Assembly (NCBI RefSeq): GCF_006345805.1
Contig: NW_021832041.1
Span: 1-33,468 of the forward strand
Origin: Octopus sinensis
Lineage: Eukaryota
Direction: 5' to 3'
Length of the DNA stretch: 33,468 bases
Part shown: positions 12,144-24,863 of the stretch, one piece after another
How positions within the stretch are numbered: the stretch's first letter is position 1
Layout of the letters: every line of letters begins with the position of its first letter
Made by a program: the position numbers and the translations under genes
Notes under the pieces: model-generated
The model's input: the letters and a program-made list of their open reading frames with translations, nothing else
Database searches by the model: none
Told to the model about the DNA's origin: nothing

Positions 12144-12522
12144 AGGCGCAGGTATGGCTGTTTTCCAACCACATGGTTCTGGGTTCAGTCCAATTCTGTA
12201 TCAGTTTGGGCAGTTGTCTTCTACTATAGCCTCGGGCCAACTAAAGCATTGTAAGTGGATTTGGTCGACGGAAACTGAAAGAAGCCCGTCGTATTTATAT
12301 ATATGTATTTATATACTTTTGATCGTGTGGTACTTGTCTCCTCATCACTGCTTTAAAATTAGTGTTGTAGCGTTTATATCCCTGTAACCTAGCGGTTCGG
12401 TAAAAGAGAATAAGTACTTGGTTTAAAGTCCTGAGCTCGATTTGTTCGATTAAAACCTTTCAAGGCGTTGCCCCAGCAAATGACTGAAACAAGTGAAAGA
12501 TAAACGGTAAACGATAAAAGAT
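12144..12522 (+). mobile_element. tRNA-derived SINE with CORE-like domain (same family as 29110-29492), degenerate
   Basis: tRNA-like head (ggttctgggttcagtcc), gggcagttgtcttctactatagc, gtggatttggtcgacggaaactgaaagaagcc, and tail aaatgactgaaacaag. Confidence 0.85.
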
Positions 12523-13222
12523 ATAGCGGTGTTCTGTGGACACAGAAAAGGTTTTGCAGTTAAGATATTTCGTAACCTTCAGGTGACGGATTTGATAGTC
12601 GGGTGACCCCTGGTACTTGTGTAAAAAGTGCAAATTGTTCTAAACTACATGTAGCTTATATATAAACTTATTTCAGCCGTATCTCGTAATGTTGAAATAT
12701 TTGTATTGGAATTTGATTTGATATATATATATATACATTTTGGCAGGAAATACATATCCTGCGTTCTTGAAGGAACCACCACGGTACACAGTGCATCGTT
12801 AAAGTCATTTATCGTAACCTCAGTTCCTGCACAAGTTCTTGTGAGTGAAATTTGATCGACGGAAACTGTGTATACGAAGCTCAACATAGGGATCATTCCT
12901 GTTTTTGGCGCTAGAGTTAACCCGTCGTCCCTTGCAAGCCATGACTCTGGTTTTAGATATGACATATTCCCTTCCTACCCCCAGTCATGAGCCTCTACTG
13001 TTTAAACTGTTAATCCTTCTCCTCAAAATTCGCAATGACTGATGTCCGATTATCATAATATGCTTGGTATAATGTTTAGTATTGAAGAAATAGGACATTA
13101 GTTGATAAGATTAACAACTTATTAATTACTGAATACGTTTCAATGCAGTTAGAGTGCAACTAACAAGTTCTAAAAGGCCACGCCTGTTAATTACAGATAT
13201 AACACACAGTAAGAATAGGAAG

Positions 13223-13225
<3 letters not shown>

Positions 13226-13292
<67 letters not shown>
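13226..13292. repeat. (GA)n microsatellite
   Basis: Direct reading. Confidence 0.98.
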
Positions 13293-13296
<4 letters not shown>

Positions 13297-13678
13297 AGTG
13301 ACAAAGCGAGCGAGAAACTGAAAATAATAAAAAAGGGAGAGAAATCATGTGTTGGTCAGAGATTGAAGGTATTCTTGAAGAAATCATTACTGACCAAACA
13401 AGTGTTGTACATAATAAATAAGTGAGCGATTGTTCAATCTCAAAGTGTCCTTACCTGAAGATTTTGAAGCCCCAAATTGAAAGATTGACTCTTTCCAAAT
13501 TGAAAGATTGACTCAGAAATTTTCATTAAAGAAAACGAAAAAGACTTCATAAGTGAAAATGTTTATTAATGAACATGATGCATGGCTTCTGGGACTTGGC
13601 AGTATTAACATGAGACAGAATATTTGATTTATAGATGGAAAAGAATAGAAAGTTTTTATTGCTATTATTATTAAATAA

Positions 13679-13910
13679 GACGGCGCGATGGCAGAATCGT
13701 TAGTACGCCGGGCGAAATGCGTAGCCGTATTTCGTCTGCCGATACGTTCTGAGTTCAAATTCCGCCGAGGTCGACTTTGCCTTTCATCCTTTCGGGATCG
13801 ATAAATTAAGTACCAGTTACGCACTGGAGTCGATATAATCGACTTAATCCCTTTGTCTGTCCTTGTTTGTCCCCTCTGTGTTTAGCCCCTTGTGGGTAGT
13901 AAAGAAATAA
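13679..13910 (+). mobile_element. tRNA-derived SINE, tail type 1
   Basis: A-box-like tggcagaatcgttag, B-box-like gagttcaaattcc, central gcctttcatcctttcgggatcgataaattaagtaccag, and 3' ...gtttagccccttgtgggtagtaaagaaata. Confidence 0.9.
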
Positions 13911-14097
13911 GTATTTCGTCTGTCACTGTGTTCTGAGTTCCAAATCCACTGAGGTCGACTTTACCTTTCATCACTTCGGGGTTGATGAAATAAGATCCAG
14001 TTGTGTACTGGGGTCGATATAATCGACTGGCTCCTTTCCCAAAATTTCAGGCCTTGTGCCTATAGTAGAAAGGATTATTATTGTTATTATTATTATT
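13911..14097 (+). mobile_element. 5'-truncated SINE of the same head family, tail type 2
   Basis: Same central domain; 3' cccaaaatttcaggccttgtgcctatagtagaaagg followed by (att)n. Confidence 0.85.
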
Positions 14098-14101
14098 GCG
14101 A

Positions 14102-14320
14102 AGGCGACGAGCTGGCAGAATCGTTAGCACGCCGGGAAAAATGTCTAACAGCATTTCGTTCGACTTTACGTTCTGAGTCCAAATTCCGCCGTGGTACTCT
14201 CTGACTGTCATCCTTTCGTGGTCGATAAAATAAGTGCCAGTTGAACACTGGGGTCGATGTAATCGACTCATCCCCTCCTCCAAAATTGTGGGTTTTGTGC
14301 CAAAATTGGAAGTCAATATT
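14102..14320 (+). mobile_element. tRNA-derived SINE of the same head family, tail type 3
   Basis: ggcgacgagctggcagaatcgttagc head, the central domain, and 3' cccctcctccaaaattgtgggttttgtgccaaaattggaa. Confidence 0.88.
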
Positions 14321-15436
14321 GTTATTATTTGAGTTGCGGATTGGCAAAATTATGAGCGCCAAGAAAAGTGCCTTGCGGTATTACTTCTAGTTCCTTCTAT
14401 TTTGAATTGAAATCCTGCCGAGATTTACTTTGCATCTCATTTTTTCTTTCGGGGTCATCAAAATTAAGTAACAGTGAAGTGAAAGATCGGAATAATCGAA
14501 TGTTTCCTGCACCAACCAAAACATTTCTGTTTTGTCCTTATGCTAAAACCAATTATCATTTTATCTTTATCCTATTATTCTCCTATTGGTTTTAAACAGA
14601 GTCTGTGGCCATGCTGGAGCATTGCCATTAGCACCAATGCTTTGTTTATTCTGGATTCACTCTAGTCCTGTCTCCGGAATCGGTCGTGATGAAGTAATGA
14701 GCTGCCCTACTTTGCGTTATTTGTCACGATGTAGGTTAATCTGGTATGTCAGGTAAAAAAAATTGCTTCATTGTTCTTTAGTAAAACATTTCTACCTTTC
14801 TATTTTTAAAATGTTGGATGTGCCTTTGTTTTAATTTTGAAGTTAGCTGAAGGGTTGATACGATAATGGACAAACAGCCTCGTGACTCATCGCTTGGACT
14901 GTTCCATTGCTAACAGAAGGGAGTTCCACTTTATGCTTCGCATTTCATTTCGGAGTCGAGGATTCAATTAAGATATGTTCGGTCGCCCTTATCAAAAATA
15001 TTCTATGAATTCTGTTCACTCAACTGAATAAAAATGAAAGATACTTTGAAGTTTGAAAGAATATGATTGATGAAATAAAGTATGTATTATTGTGCTACGT
15101 GATAGCTTCTATGGATGGTGGAGGAAGTCAACGATTTCCTTGTCCGAGTCATAAAGAAAGTAACTTTTCTTATGTTGATATAGTGGTACGTTACATCCAT
15201 TTGAGAAGAAAATCGAATCCAGTTTATTAAAATGTTAAAAAAATGCCAAATATAAACGCTTTGGTCTATACATACATTCATACATTCATACATCATACAT
15301 ACATACATACATACATACATACATACATACATACATACACACACTTACATACATACATATATACAAACATACATACATACATACGTACATACATGAGTAT
15401 GTTTATATGTATATATAACGGATATATATGTATGTG

Positions 15437-15522
<86 letters not shown>

Positions 15523-15523
<1 letters not shown>

Positions 15524-17915
15524 TGTTATATTTCGGAATGGTCATTTTGCCATTTCAGCCAATAAAAACACACGCACTATATATTTGGTGTTATTTTGCT
15601 TCAGTGTTATTTATTTCTTACATTAATCTTAATCTTATTTCGGCCAGAGTTCTTTCGTCACACTCCTGTGACCGCATCAGTGCTCCTTTGTTTTCTTCTT
15701 TCTTATTTGTGTCTCTCCTTACTAACCGTCAGCCATTTTGTATTTCTATTGTATGTCTTCATTTGCGCATGCTTATATCTCTATGTGGGTCTATGTTTAT
15801 TTAGTGTGTGTATGAGGGGGGATGCCTGTAATATTTGTATCTTCTGTAAGTTGTTTTTGTTGTTGTTGTATTTGTTTATTCTTATTTTGTTCATGTGTTT
15901 ACATCCACTTATTATTATCATTACATATGCTTGTATGTATGTATGTATGTATAACAACAATACTAGTAATAATAATAATAAATCGAATCGAAAAAAAAAT
16001 ATATATATATAAAAGGCCACACGTTTAAGTTTAACAACAAAATATATGCCCAGGACGAGGGGGCAGCCATCAGCGTTAGTATCGCTGGTGATGTAGCCAA
16101 CCTTTTCATGGTATGGTGGGACAGAAGGCTTAAAGAACGCCTAATACAGAACTCCATACTCGTAAACATGTACTCTCGCTATGTTGATGATATCAACATA
16201 GTGGTAAAGGCACCCCCACAAGAGAGTAATGTTGATATAGTAATAGAAACTAATACTATGGAGAGCATCCAGCAAATAGCTAACTCCATCCACTAGAGTA
16301 TTAAGGTCACAATAGATTATCCCACTAAACACCCCAACAATAGACTACCAGTACTAGACACTGAACTCTGGCTAGAAATTGTGAATAATAAAACCCAAAT
16401 TCTTCATTCATACTATGCCAAACCTATGGCTTCAAAATACTTGATCCACCGGAACTCAGTCATTGCGGACAATGCCAAATTCAATATTTTGATGGCAGAT
16501 CTCGTCAGAATAATGAGAAATCTGTCACGCATGTGCGAGCCCAAGAGTTAAAGAGACACATACAATATTTCATTCACCGCATGCAGTTCTCAGGTTACAG
16601 CCATAAAGAAAGGATCAGAGTATACAAAGGAGCCATGAAGAAATTTGATAATATATTATGTAATGATAGGAATGGGATTTGCTCACTCTATAGGAACAAG
16701 TCATGGAATACTATAGAAAGGACAAAAAAGAAAATACGGAAGACCAACTCTTGGTATGATAGCCATAAATACCAGAGTGTCATGTTCGTTGACACCACCC
16801 CTGGAGGTGAACTGGCGTACCGCTTTAGAAGGACCCTAGACAAACTTAAGCTAGGAATTAAGGTTGTTGAAAAGCCAGGGAACCCTATCAAATCTATAAT
16901 TGTTAGAACCTATCCTTTTAGTAGAACCCCCTGTACGGATAAGTACTGTACTGTATGTAGATTTGGCCCACAAACAAACTGTAAAGCCAGAAATGTAGTC
17001 TATAGTACAAGATATATAGAGGGACGATGCAGTAACAAGACAACGACATACGTAGGGGAAACGGCAAGAAGCATAGGAGAGCGGGTAATGTACATTGGAG
17101 ACAATCAAGGAAGGTAAAAGCTCATCGATCTGTACCAACACGCCGAACAGGAAACCGGGGGATCAATCAACAATATAGAAATTAAAATATTGTCCACACA
17201 TAGAACAGATGTAACAATCACACAAATTACAGAAGCTACACACATAATAGAAAATAAACCTAGCCTGAATAGAAAACTAGAATGGATCACTAGCACACAC
17301 CACAACATATGACGATAGAGGATCCTGAAAACATAATAAATACACAGATAAATAAACAAATTGAAATAAATAACTATATATATATTTTTTTCGACTCGAT
17401 TTATTATTATTATTACTAGTATTGTTGTTATACATACATACAAGCATATGTAATGATAATAATAAGTGAATGTAAACACATGAACAAAATAAGAATAAAC
17501 AAAAACAACAACAACAAAAACAATTACATGAACGTATATAAACAGAAGATACAAATATACAGGCTATCCCCCCCACACACTAAATAAAACTAGACGCACA
17601 TAGAGATATAAGCATGCGCAAATGAAGACATACAATAGAAATACAAAATGGCTGACGGTTAGTAAGGAGAGACACAAATAAGAAAGAAAAAAAAAAAGGA
17701 GCACTGATGCGGTCACAGGAGTGTGACGAAAGAATTCTGGCGAAATAAGAATAAGATAAGATTAATGTAAAAAATAAATAACACTGAAGCAAAATAACAC
17801 CAAATATATAGTACGTGTGTTTTTATTGGCTGAAATGGCAAAATGACCATTCCGAAATATAACAATATCTGTTTAAACACACGACTTCACATAAAAAATC
17901 TTGCACAACAAATAT
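15523..17915 (+). mobile_element. Penelope-like retroelement 2: 5'-truncated RT plus GIY-YIG, flanked by ~490-bp inverted pseudo-LTRs
   Basis: Coding ~16011-17310: FKFNNKIYAQDEG...RYVDDINIVV...LPVLDTELW...MFVDTTPGGELA...NVVYS...YVGETARS, with stops and a frameshift. 15523-16011 is the reverse complement of ~17375-17865. The direct copy extends ~50 bp further as a tail. It is a relative of PLE 1. Confidence 0.95.
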
Positions 17916-17946
17916 TTAAACGTATATATATATATGTATATATATA

Positions 17947-18439
17947 TATAGGGTCGTAAATTTATCGACTGCTATTTCCAGTAAACATTGGTGCCTTGTT
18001 GTAAAGCTTCACTGAGTATATACTGGCAAAGACCTGTGTGGACAGTGAACATTAACATTTTCGTCTTACCTCTAAGGAGAACATTAGATAAATGGACAAC
18101 CCAGAATTGAATAATCTAGTACCCAGGTTTCGGATTCTTCAAATACATTTGTTATCGTAAATTTGATTAGTCTTCTTCAGCTAGATTTACCTGAGCAATA
18201 TGTCAAATGTTGCTACATCATGGCCAGTATATTAACCTGAAAGCCGAGCCGTTAACAGAACCGAAAACAGTTAAAAAGTTTTTAATGAAAAATAAAATAC
18301 TGCAATACAAATGTATTGCTTTCCGGTTAAATAAAGCAGCGTAAAGGTAGAAGTAAAATATAAAGTAATGATACAATAAGGCACCAATGTTTATTGGAAA
18401 TAGCAGTCATAAATTTACAACGCTATAGTAAAGCTCCAC

Positions 18440-18441
<2 letters not shown>
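17947..18441 (-). mobile_element. ORF-less element (family B) with 57-bp inverted ends and an internal hammerhead
   Basis: 17947-18003 is the reverse complement of 18372-18427 (~5 differences). gtaaagctYcactg is repeated directly at 18001 and 18428. Both sides are flanked by (TA)n. Confidence 0.7.
18114..18187 (-). ncRNA. Type I hammerhead ribozyme motif (stem II base mismatched)
   Basis: AATCTAG / CTGAAGA / stem II-like arm ending ...gaatcc / GAA / ACC-tg-GGT / A / CTAGATT. Stem I is 7 bp perfect, the core is canonical and the triplet is GUA. The first pair of stem II is A.C. Confidence 0.7.
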
Positions 18442-19640
<1,199 letters not shown>

Positions 19641-19660
19641 TATGTATATGTATATATGTA

Positions 19661-19918
19661 CTGGATGTTCAAAACGTCTCTCCGCAGTATCAGTACGTTA
19701 TTGCAAAATAAATATATTAAGATGGTATAAAACTACAAGGGAACATAGTTGACTTTAAAAGATTTAAAAAACTTTATAAGAGGTGTTGATAGTGTCGTCT
19801 TTCATTTTCAATACACAAGTTAACTCTTCTACACATATTTTGAAATACACCTTGGAGAGTCTGACTCTAAGAGAGTCAGGATAAAAAATTCACTGCAAAG
19901 AGACTTTTAAACACCCTA
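19661..19918. mobile_element. Tc1/mariner-derived MITE, old
   Basis: TA|ctggatgttcaaaacgtct ... agacttttaaacacccta|TA form degenerate ~19-bp TIRs with TA flanks. There is an internal 8-bp hairpin at 19861-19879 and no ORF. Confidence 0.6.
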
Positions 19919-19920
19919 TA

Positions 19921-20060
19921 TATATGTATGTATGTATGTATGCATGTATGTATGTATGTATGTATGTATGTATGTATGTATGTATGTATGTATGTGCGTA
20001 TGTATGTACGTATGTATGTTTGTATGTATGTATGTATGTATTTATGTATGTATGTGTGTG

Positions 20061-20092
<32 letters not shown>

Positions 20093-20204
20093 TGTTTGTA
20101 TATATGTAAGTATGTATGCATGTATGTATGTATGTATGTATGTATGTATGTATGTATGTATGTATGTATGTATGTATGCATGTGTGTATGTATGTATGTA
20201 TGTG
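19921..20204. repeat. (TATG)n microsatellite
   Basis: Direct reading. Confidence 0.97.
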
Positions 20205-21052
20205 GGAAGACAGGTAAGACGAAGTTATTTTTCAAACTTGAGGTAGTTCCAACAGATTGAACTCTGTTGAAAACACCTTAAAAGCAGGTCTTGGAATGTT
20301 AGACCAAGCAACGGTTGAAATCTAGCACCCTAAAACCTCAAAACTCAATGAAGTAGACCAAATATTGGGTAGTGAATATTCCACCAGTCCACAGCCCCGG
20401 ATTCGAAACGTGGGATTTGAGCTAAGAACACAAAGAACTGGAATAAATATTGCAAGGAATTTTCTTTTAAGTCTATACTCTAACTAACTTGCAGTCACGC
20501 TATATCTAGTTTTTAAAATACAAACAGTTGTGATGGTCACTGCTGGAATGCTTTTAATCCTAGATGAGAGATCTGCTCAAGCAGAACTGACAAAAAGTAA
20601 ACAGCAGCAGCAGCAGCCCCGCCGCAACCGATTCCACCACTATGACCACCAGCACCAGCACTAGCAACATCAATAACAGCACAACCACCGCTAACAACAA
20701 CAACCATAACAATTAGTTTTAAAATATAAAACCTATTCACCATTCAATGTCAGATTAAATCCCAGAAACGAATTTAATTAGCAAACATAATGTTATTCTA
20801 TTATTTCTATTATGCTGGGAATTAGTTGTCTTCTGCCAGAGTTTCAAAAATCATTATTTTGGGAATTTATTTAATTGAAATTCTTCCTTTTATTTTTTCG
20901 TCTTCTTTAAATTCCACTCCATTCCTGTAGCAAATGCGGTTTATCCCAAAGACAATTCCCAATAATACACACACATCCCCACCAAACTCACATACACACA
21001 TACGTATGTATATATGCCTGTATATTTATACATATATATTTGTACGTATGCA

Positions 21053-21083
<31 letters not shown>

Positions 21084-21084
21084 A

Positions 21085-21115
<31 letters not shown>

Positions 21116-21144
21116 TATCTATCTATTCTATCTATCTCACCATA

Positions 21145-21194
<50 letters not shown>

Positions 21195-21857
21195 TATATA
21201 ATATATATATATATATATACGTACAAAAGATAGAACGGAGAGGGTACATAGATATACAATATATGTATATGTGTATGTGTATATGTGTGTGTGGTTTATA
21301 TGTGTGTGTGTGTACGTATGTATAAATTATATTTGTTAATATATTGGTGTAAACGTCTATACATTTATACATTCAATGTGTTATCACAGATTTACGCGCA
21401 TATTTCCTAGATAAAATGTCATAAGACATGCCATTGTATATGAATTTGGGTCTGTTTAGCTAAAAAAAAAAATTAAAAAATCCCCAAACAACCCCAGCCA
21501 AAGACAACAAATATCAAATAAGGAATATTTTATACCTTCAAGTATTGAAACGGTTGAAAGTTTAACAGATTAGAGAAAAACAATTCAAAATACTAATTAT
21601 GTAAATTGATACAGTCTTTCAAAAGTAACGTGATGTTTTCTCAGAAAATATACAGAGAATAACGTAACATTTTATTTCATGTTCTGTGTATATTTAGAAA
21701 TTTGCGCGTTTTTTTTTTTCCATGAAAATCAATTTGAATCCGCTTGTGAGTCTCTTGACTTCAGTAATTCTGCGTGATACTTTAAATTATTTTAACGTAT
21801 TTGAAGTGATTATATATATAATTTAGGCACTAACAAACTCGTATATAATATTATATT

Positions 21858-22001
21858 TGAGTATAAGAGTTATACACTGAGGGAAAGCCACTATGTGATT
21901 TTCCATCACGCTAGAAATGGGAGTTAAATCCCACACCACGAAAAAGCTATTTTTCTTTTGGCTTAGTGGGTTGCCCTCAGTGTATAACTCTTATACACTC
22001 A
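21858..22001. repeat. Inverted repeat, ~36-bp arms with 70-nt spacer
   Basis: tgagtataagagttatacactgagggaaagccacta (21858-21893) versus tagtgggttgccctcagtgtataactcttatacactca (21964-22001). Confidence 0.9.
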
Positions 22002-22029
22002 GATAATATAATAATATTTTCAGTCTACG

Positions 22030-22270
22030 GACATTTTTACTCACGCTAGCCACTGGTAAAAAAATTAAAATAAATTTCTACCCTCCTTTTTTTCTCTCCT
22101 TTTTTATCACTCCTTGTTTCTCTCCTTGTTTTTTTCTGTGTATCTTTCTGTAGAAGAGCGTAGGCTCGAAACGTAAAAGACTTTTATCCTGAGCGCTATA
22201 CTACTATACATTTGTTGTTTGTACACCACCTGCCTTCGTCTTTTGTTTATTTTCGTAAACTTTCCCTTTA
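22030..22270 (+). mobile_element. PLE pseudo-LTR-like repeat, family C copy 1
   Basis: Pyrimidine-rich arm around an HHR-like fold; aligns with 22670-22845. Confidence 0.65.
22143..22180 (+). ncRNA. Minimal type I hammerhead-like motif with variant core
   Basis: TCTTT / CTGTAGA+A / GAGC-gtag-GCTC / GAA / ACGT / A / AAAGA. Stem I is 5 bp, stem II is 4 bp, stem III is a loopless palindrome, and A6 is replaced by U. Confidence 0.55.
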
Positions 22271-22282
22271 TATATATTATAG

Positions 22283-22319
<37 letters not shown>

Positions 22320-22320
22320 A

Positions 22321-22355
<35 letters not shown>

Positions 22356-22460
22356 CTTAAATGCACTGAGGGCTCCAACGCGGATGTCAAATACCTTGAT
22401 TTCAGCAAGGCCATTGACAGAGTCGACCACAATATAATGTTAAAGAAACTATCTAACGCT
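22356..22460 (+). mobile_element. Isolated internal fragment of a CR1-type RT
   Basis: Reads EGSNADVKYLDFSKAIDRVDHNIMLKKLSN (LDFSKAFD.V.H motif) between (TA)n and (TG)n. Confidence 0.8.
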
Positions 22461-22669
22461 ATGTGTGTGTGTGTGTGTGTGTGTATGTGTTGGTATATAT
22501 ATATATATATGTAAACATGTGTGCGTGTATGTATGTATATATTATTATATATATATATATATATAGTATATATATATACATGTGTTAATATGTATATGCA
22601 TACACATATACACGCACACACATATATATAACCACATTTATCTATATCTATCTATCTATCTCCATGATT

Positions 22670-22845
22670 GACCGCTAGCCACAAAAGCTTTTTTATTCTC
22701 TCTGTTTTCCCGTGTTCCTTTCTGTTGAAGAGCATGGGCTTGACACATAAAAGACCTTCTCACTTCCCGAACGTTAAACAAATACATCAGTTTGTTGATT
22801 GCACATCCGTCGTCCTCTTTGTTTTTGTTTTTGTAAATTCCAACT
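22670..22845 (+). mobile_element. Family C copy 2, decayed hammerhead
   Basis: cttt-ctgttgaa-gagc-atgg-gctt-gac-acat-a-aaaga is homologous to 22143-22180, with GAAA and ACGT mutated. Confidence 0.6.
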
Positions 22846-22970
22846 ACCAAATTCACTCACAAGGCTTTAGTTGGCCCGAGATGATAATAGATGATACTTG
22901 CCGAAGGTGTCATGCAGTGGGACTGAACTCGGAAACATTTAGTTGGGAAGTAAGCTTCTTCACAGTCATA
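22838..22970 (-). mobile_element. 5' half of a CORE-like tRNA SINE
   Basis: The reverse complement matches the head of 12144/29110 (gagttcagtcccactgc...ggcaagt...ctcgggccaactaaagccttgtgagtg). Confidence 0.8.
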
Positions 22971-23074
22971 TATATATACATTATGTTTGTGCCTGTGCGT
23001 GAATGTCTGCGTGTGTGTGTGCGTGCATGTGTGCGTGCGTGCGTCTGTGTGTGTGTATAAAAAATAATATTTCC

Positions 23075-23317
23075 TTCGAATGAGTCATGCCAGCCTCATT
23101 CGAGCCCGATTCCCTGTTTCAATGGCGTATATGTTCCCCAACTGGACGGGACGCCGCTCCGTCGCGGGATTACTCATTTTTGCCAGCTGAATGAACTGGA
23201 GCCATGTGAAATGAAGTGTTTTGCTCAAGAACAGAACGCATCGCCCAGTCCAGGAATCGAAACAACAATTTTACGATCGTGAGTCCAACACCCTAACAAC
23301 CAAGCCACATTCCTCCA
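23075..23317 (-). mobile_element. tRNA-derived SINE, third family
   Basis: The reverse complement has A box tggcttggttgttagg, B box gtttcgattcc, gttcttgagcaaaacactt, and ggcgtcccgtccag (resembling V-SINE-type central sequence). Confidence 0.8.
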
Positions 23318-24589
23318 CACACACACATGCTCCCCTCCCCACATACAGTATATGCATCTGTACATCTGTCTGTCTGTCTGTATGTATGTATCTATTTGGC
23401 GAGAAAATCTAGGAGCTGAAAAGCAAGGAACCATATGCAAATATTTCGGCCCTGACCTCCTTAAAAATCTATGGGGACAGGCTGCATCCAGGCCATTAAT
23501 CTTGGTTAGCTCCCTTGTTTTGTACCACTTAATTCTGACTAACCTATACCCGAGTGGTCAGGTATCCATATGCCCAGTGATCCTGGGTGTGGGTACCATT
23601 TCAGGCTGAGACACCAATTCTGAGTAGGATGAGTCTTGCATTCTCATGTTCAATTTCGGTCACTCTTCATCACACACACACACACTCACGCACACACACA
23701 CGCACACACACGCGCACGCACACACACACACACATTTATGTGTATGTATGTACATCAATGTATGTACGTATTTAATGTTCACGCGTATGTGTGTATCTAA
23801 ATATTTATTCTGGTAAAAGTGTACAAAGGGTGAAAATATGTGCGCATAATTGTATCAATGTATGTCTGTGGGCTTTTGGTTATGTATATGTATATGCATA
23901 CATATATGCGTATGTATATGTATATGGTTTTATGTTTATGTGTGTATATATTATATATATATAATTGCAAGAAAAAAGGGTATATATATATATGTGTGTG
24001 TGTGTGTATGTATATATATATAATTAGAAGAAAAATGGGCGTATATATGTGTGTATGTGTGTCTTTATATACATATTGTATATAGGTATATATGTGTATA
24101 TGTATATGTATATATACACCCCACACACCAATCAATATCATCAGGAAGGCTTAAGAATCCTGAACAAGAAAAATAAAAAAAAAACACTTATAATAAAAAT
24201 ACTGAATAAAAAATACCCCACTAATGCAGCTTACATTAATATTCTTTTGTGAACAGAATTGGTTCAGATTGTATTATAGAAACTAATGTTTCAGGAACAT
24301 TTTCTCCAGACAGTACATTGAAATATGAATTTATTCTCTCATGCCAATGCTGTAGAGAATCACTTCTACAATTTATCAGAATATTAAATGTAGTCAATGC
24401 AAATAGAAAATGTGAAATGGAGTTTGTGTGACTAACTTCTCTAAGCTTTCTGCACTGTTGGGAAATAGTAAAATCGCGGTCATACACAAAAAAACAACAC
24501 GCCTACATACATGTACCACACAAACACACACACGCACACACTTTTCCATTTGCACACGTATATTTCTCAATCTACATTTTTTCCTGTTC

Positions 24590-24791
24590 CCTTTCCTCCT
24601 CCTTCTCCTCCTCTTCCTGCTGTTATTGCTGCTGTACCTCTTCCACCTCCTCCGCTCCCCCTCTTCTTCTTCTTCTTCTTCTTCTTCTTCTTTCTCTCTC
24701 TTCCTCCTACTGTTTCTCTTGATTCTCCTGTCCCTCCTCCTCACCTCATCTTTTTCGTCGTCGTCGGCAGCGTCGTCATCATCATCATCAT

Positions 24792-24845
<54 letters not shown>
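24590..24845. repeat. Compound (CCT)/(CTT)/(CGT)/(CAT)n microsatellite
   Basis: Direct reading. Confidence 0.9.
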
Positions 24846-24863
24846 ATATATATATATAATATA

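Noticed and set aside
13679-13770. tRNA genes
   Set aside because: A/B-box sequences are SINE heads followed by SINE bodies; no full cloverleaf is evident.
20564-20660. Possible microexon or poly-Gln segment DERSAQAELTKSKQQQQQ
   Set aside because: It lies in a degenerate (CAN)n repeat, and the splice sites are ordinary with no independent support.
23430-23660. GC-richer unique-looking segment, possibly a LINE relic or exon
   Set aside because: No convincing motif in six frames, so it is left unassigned.
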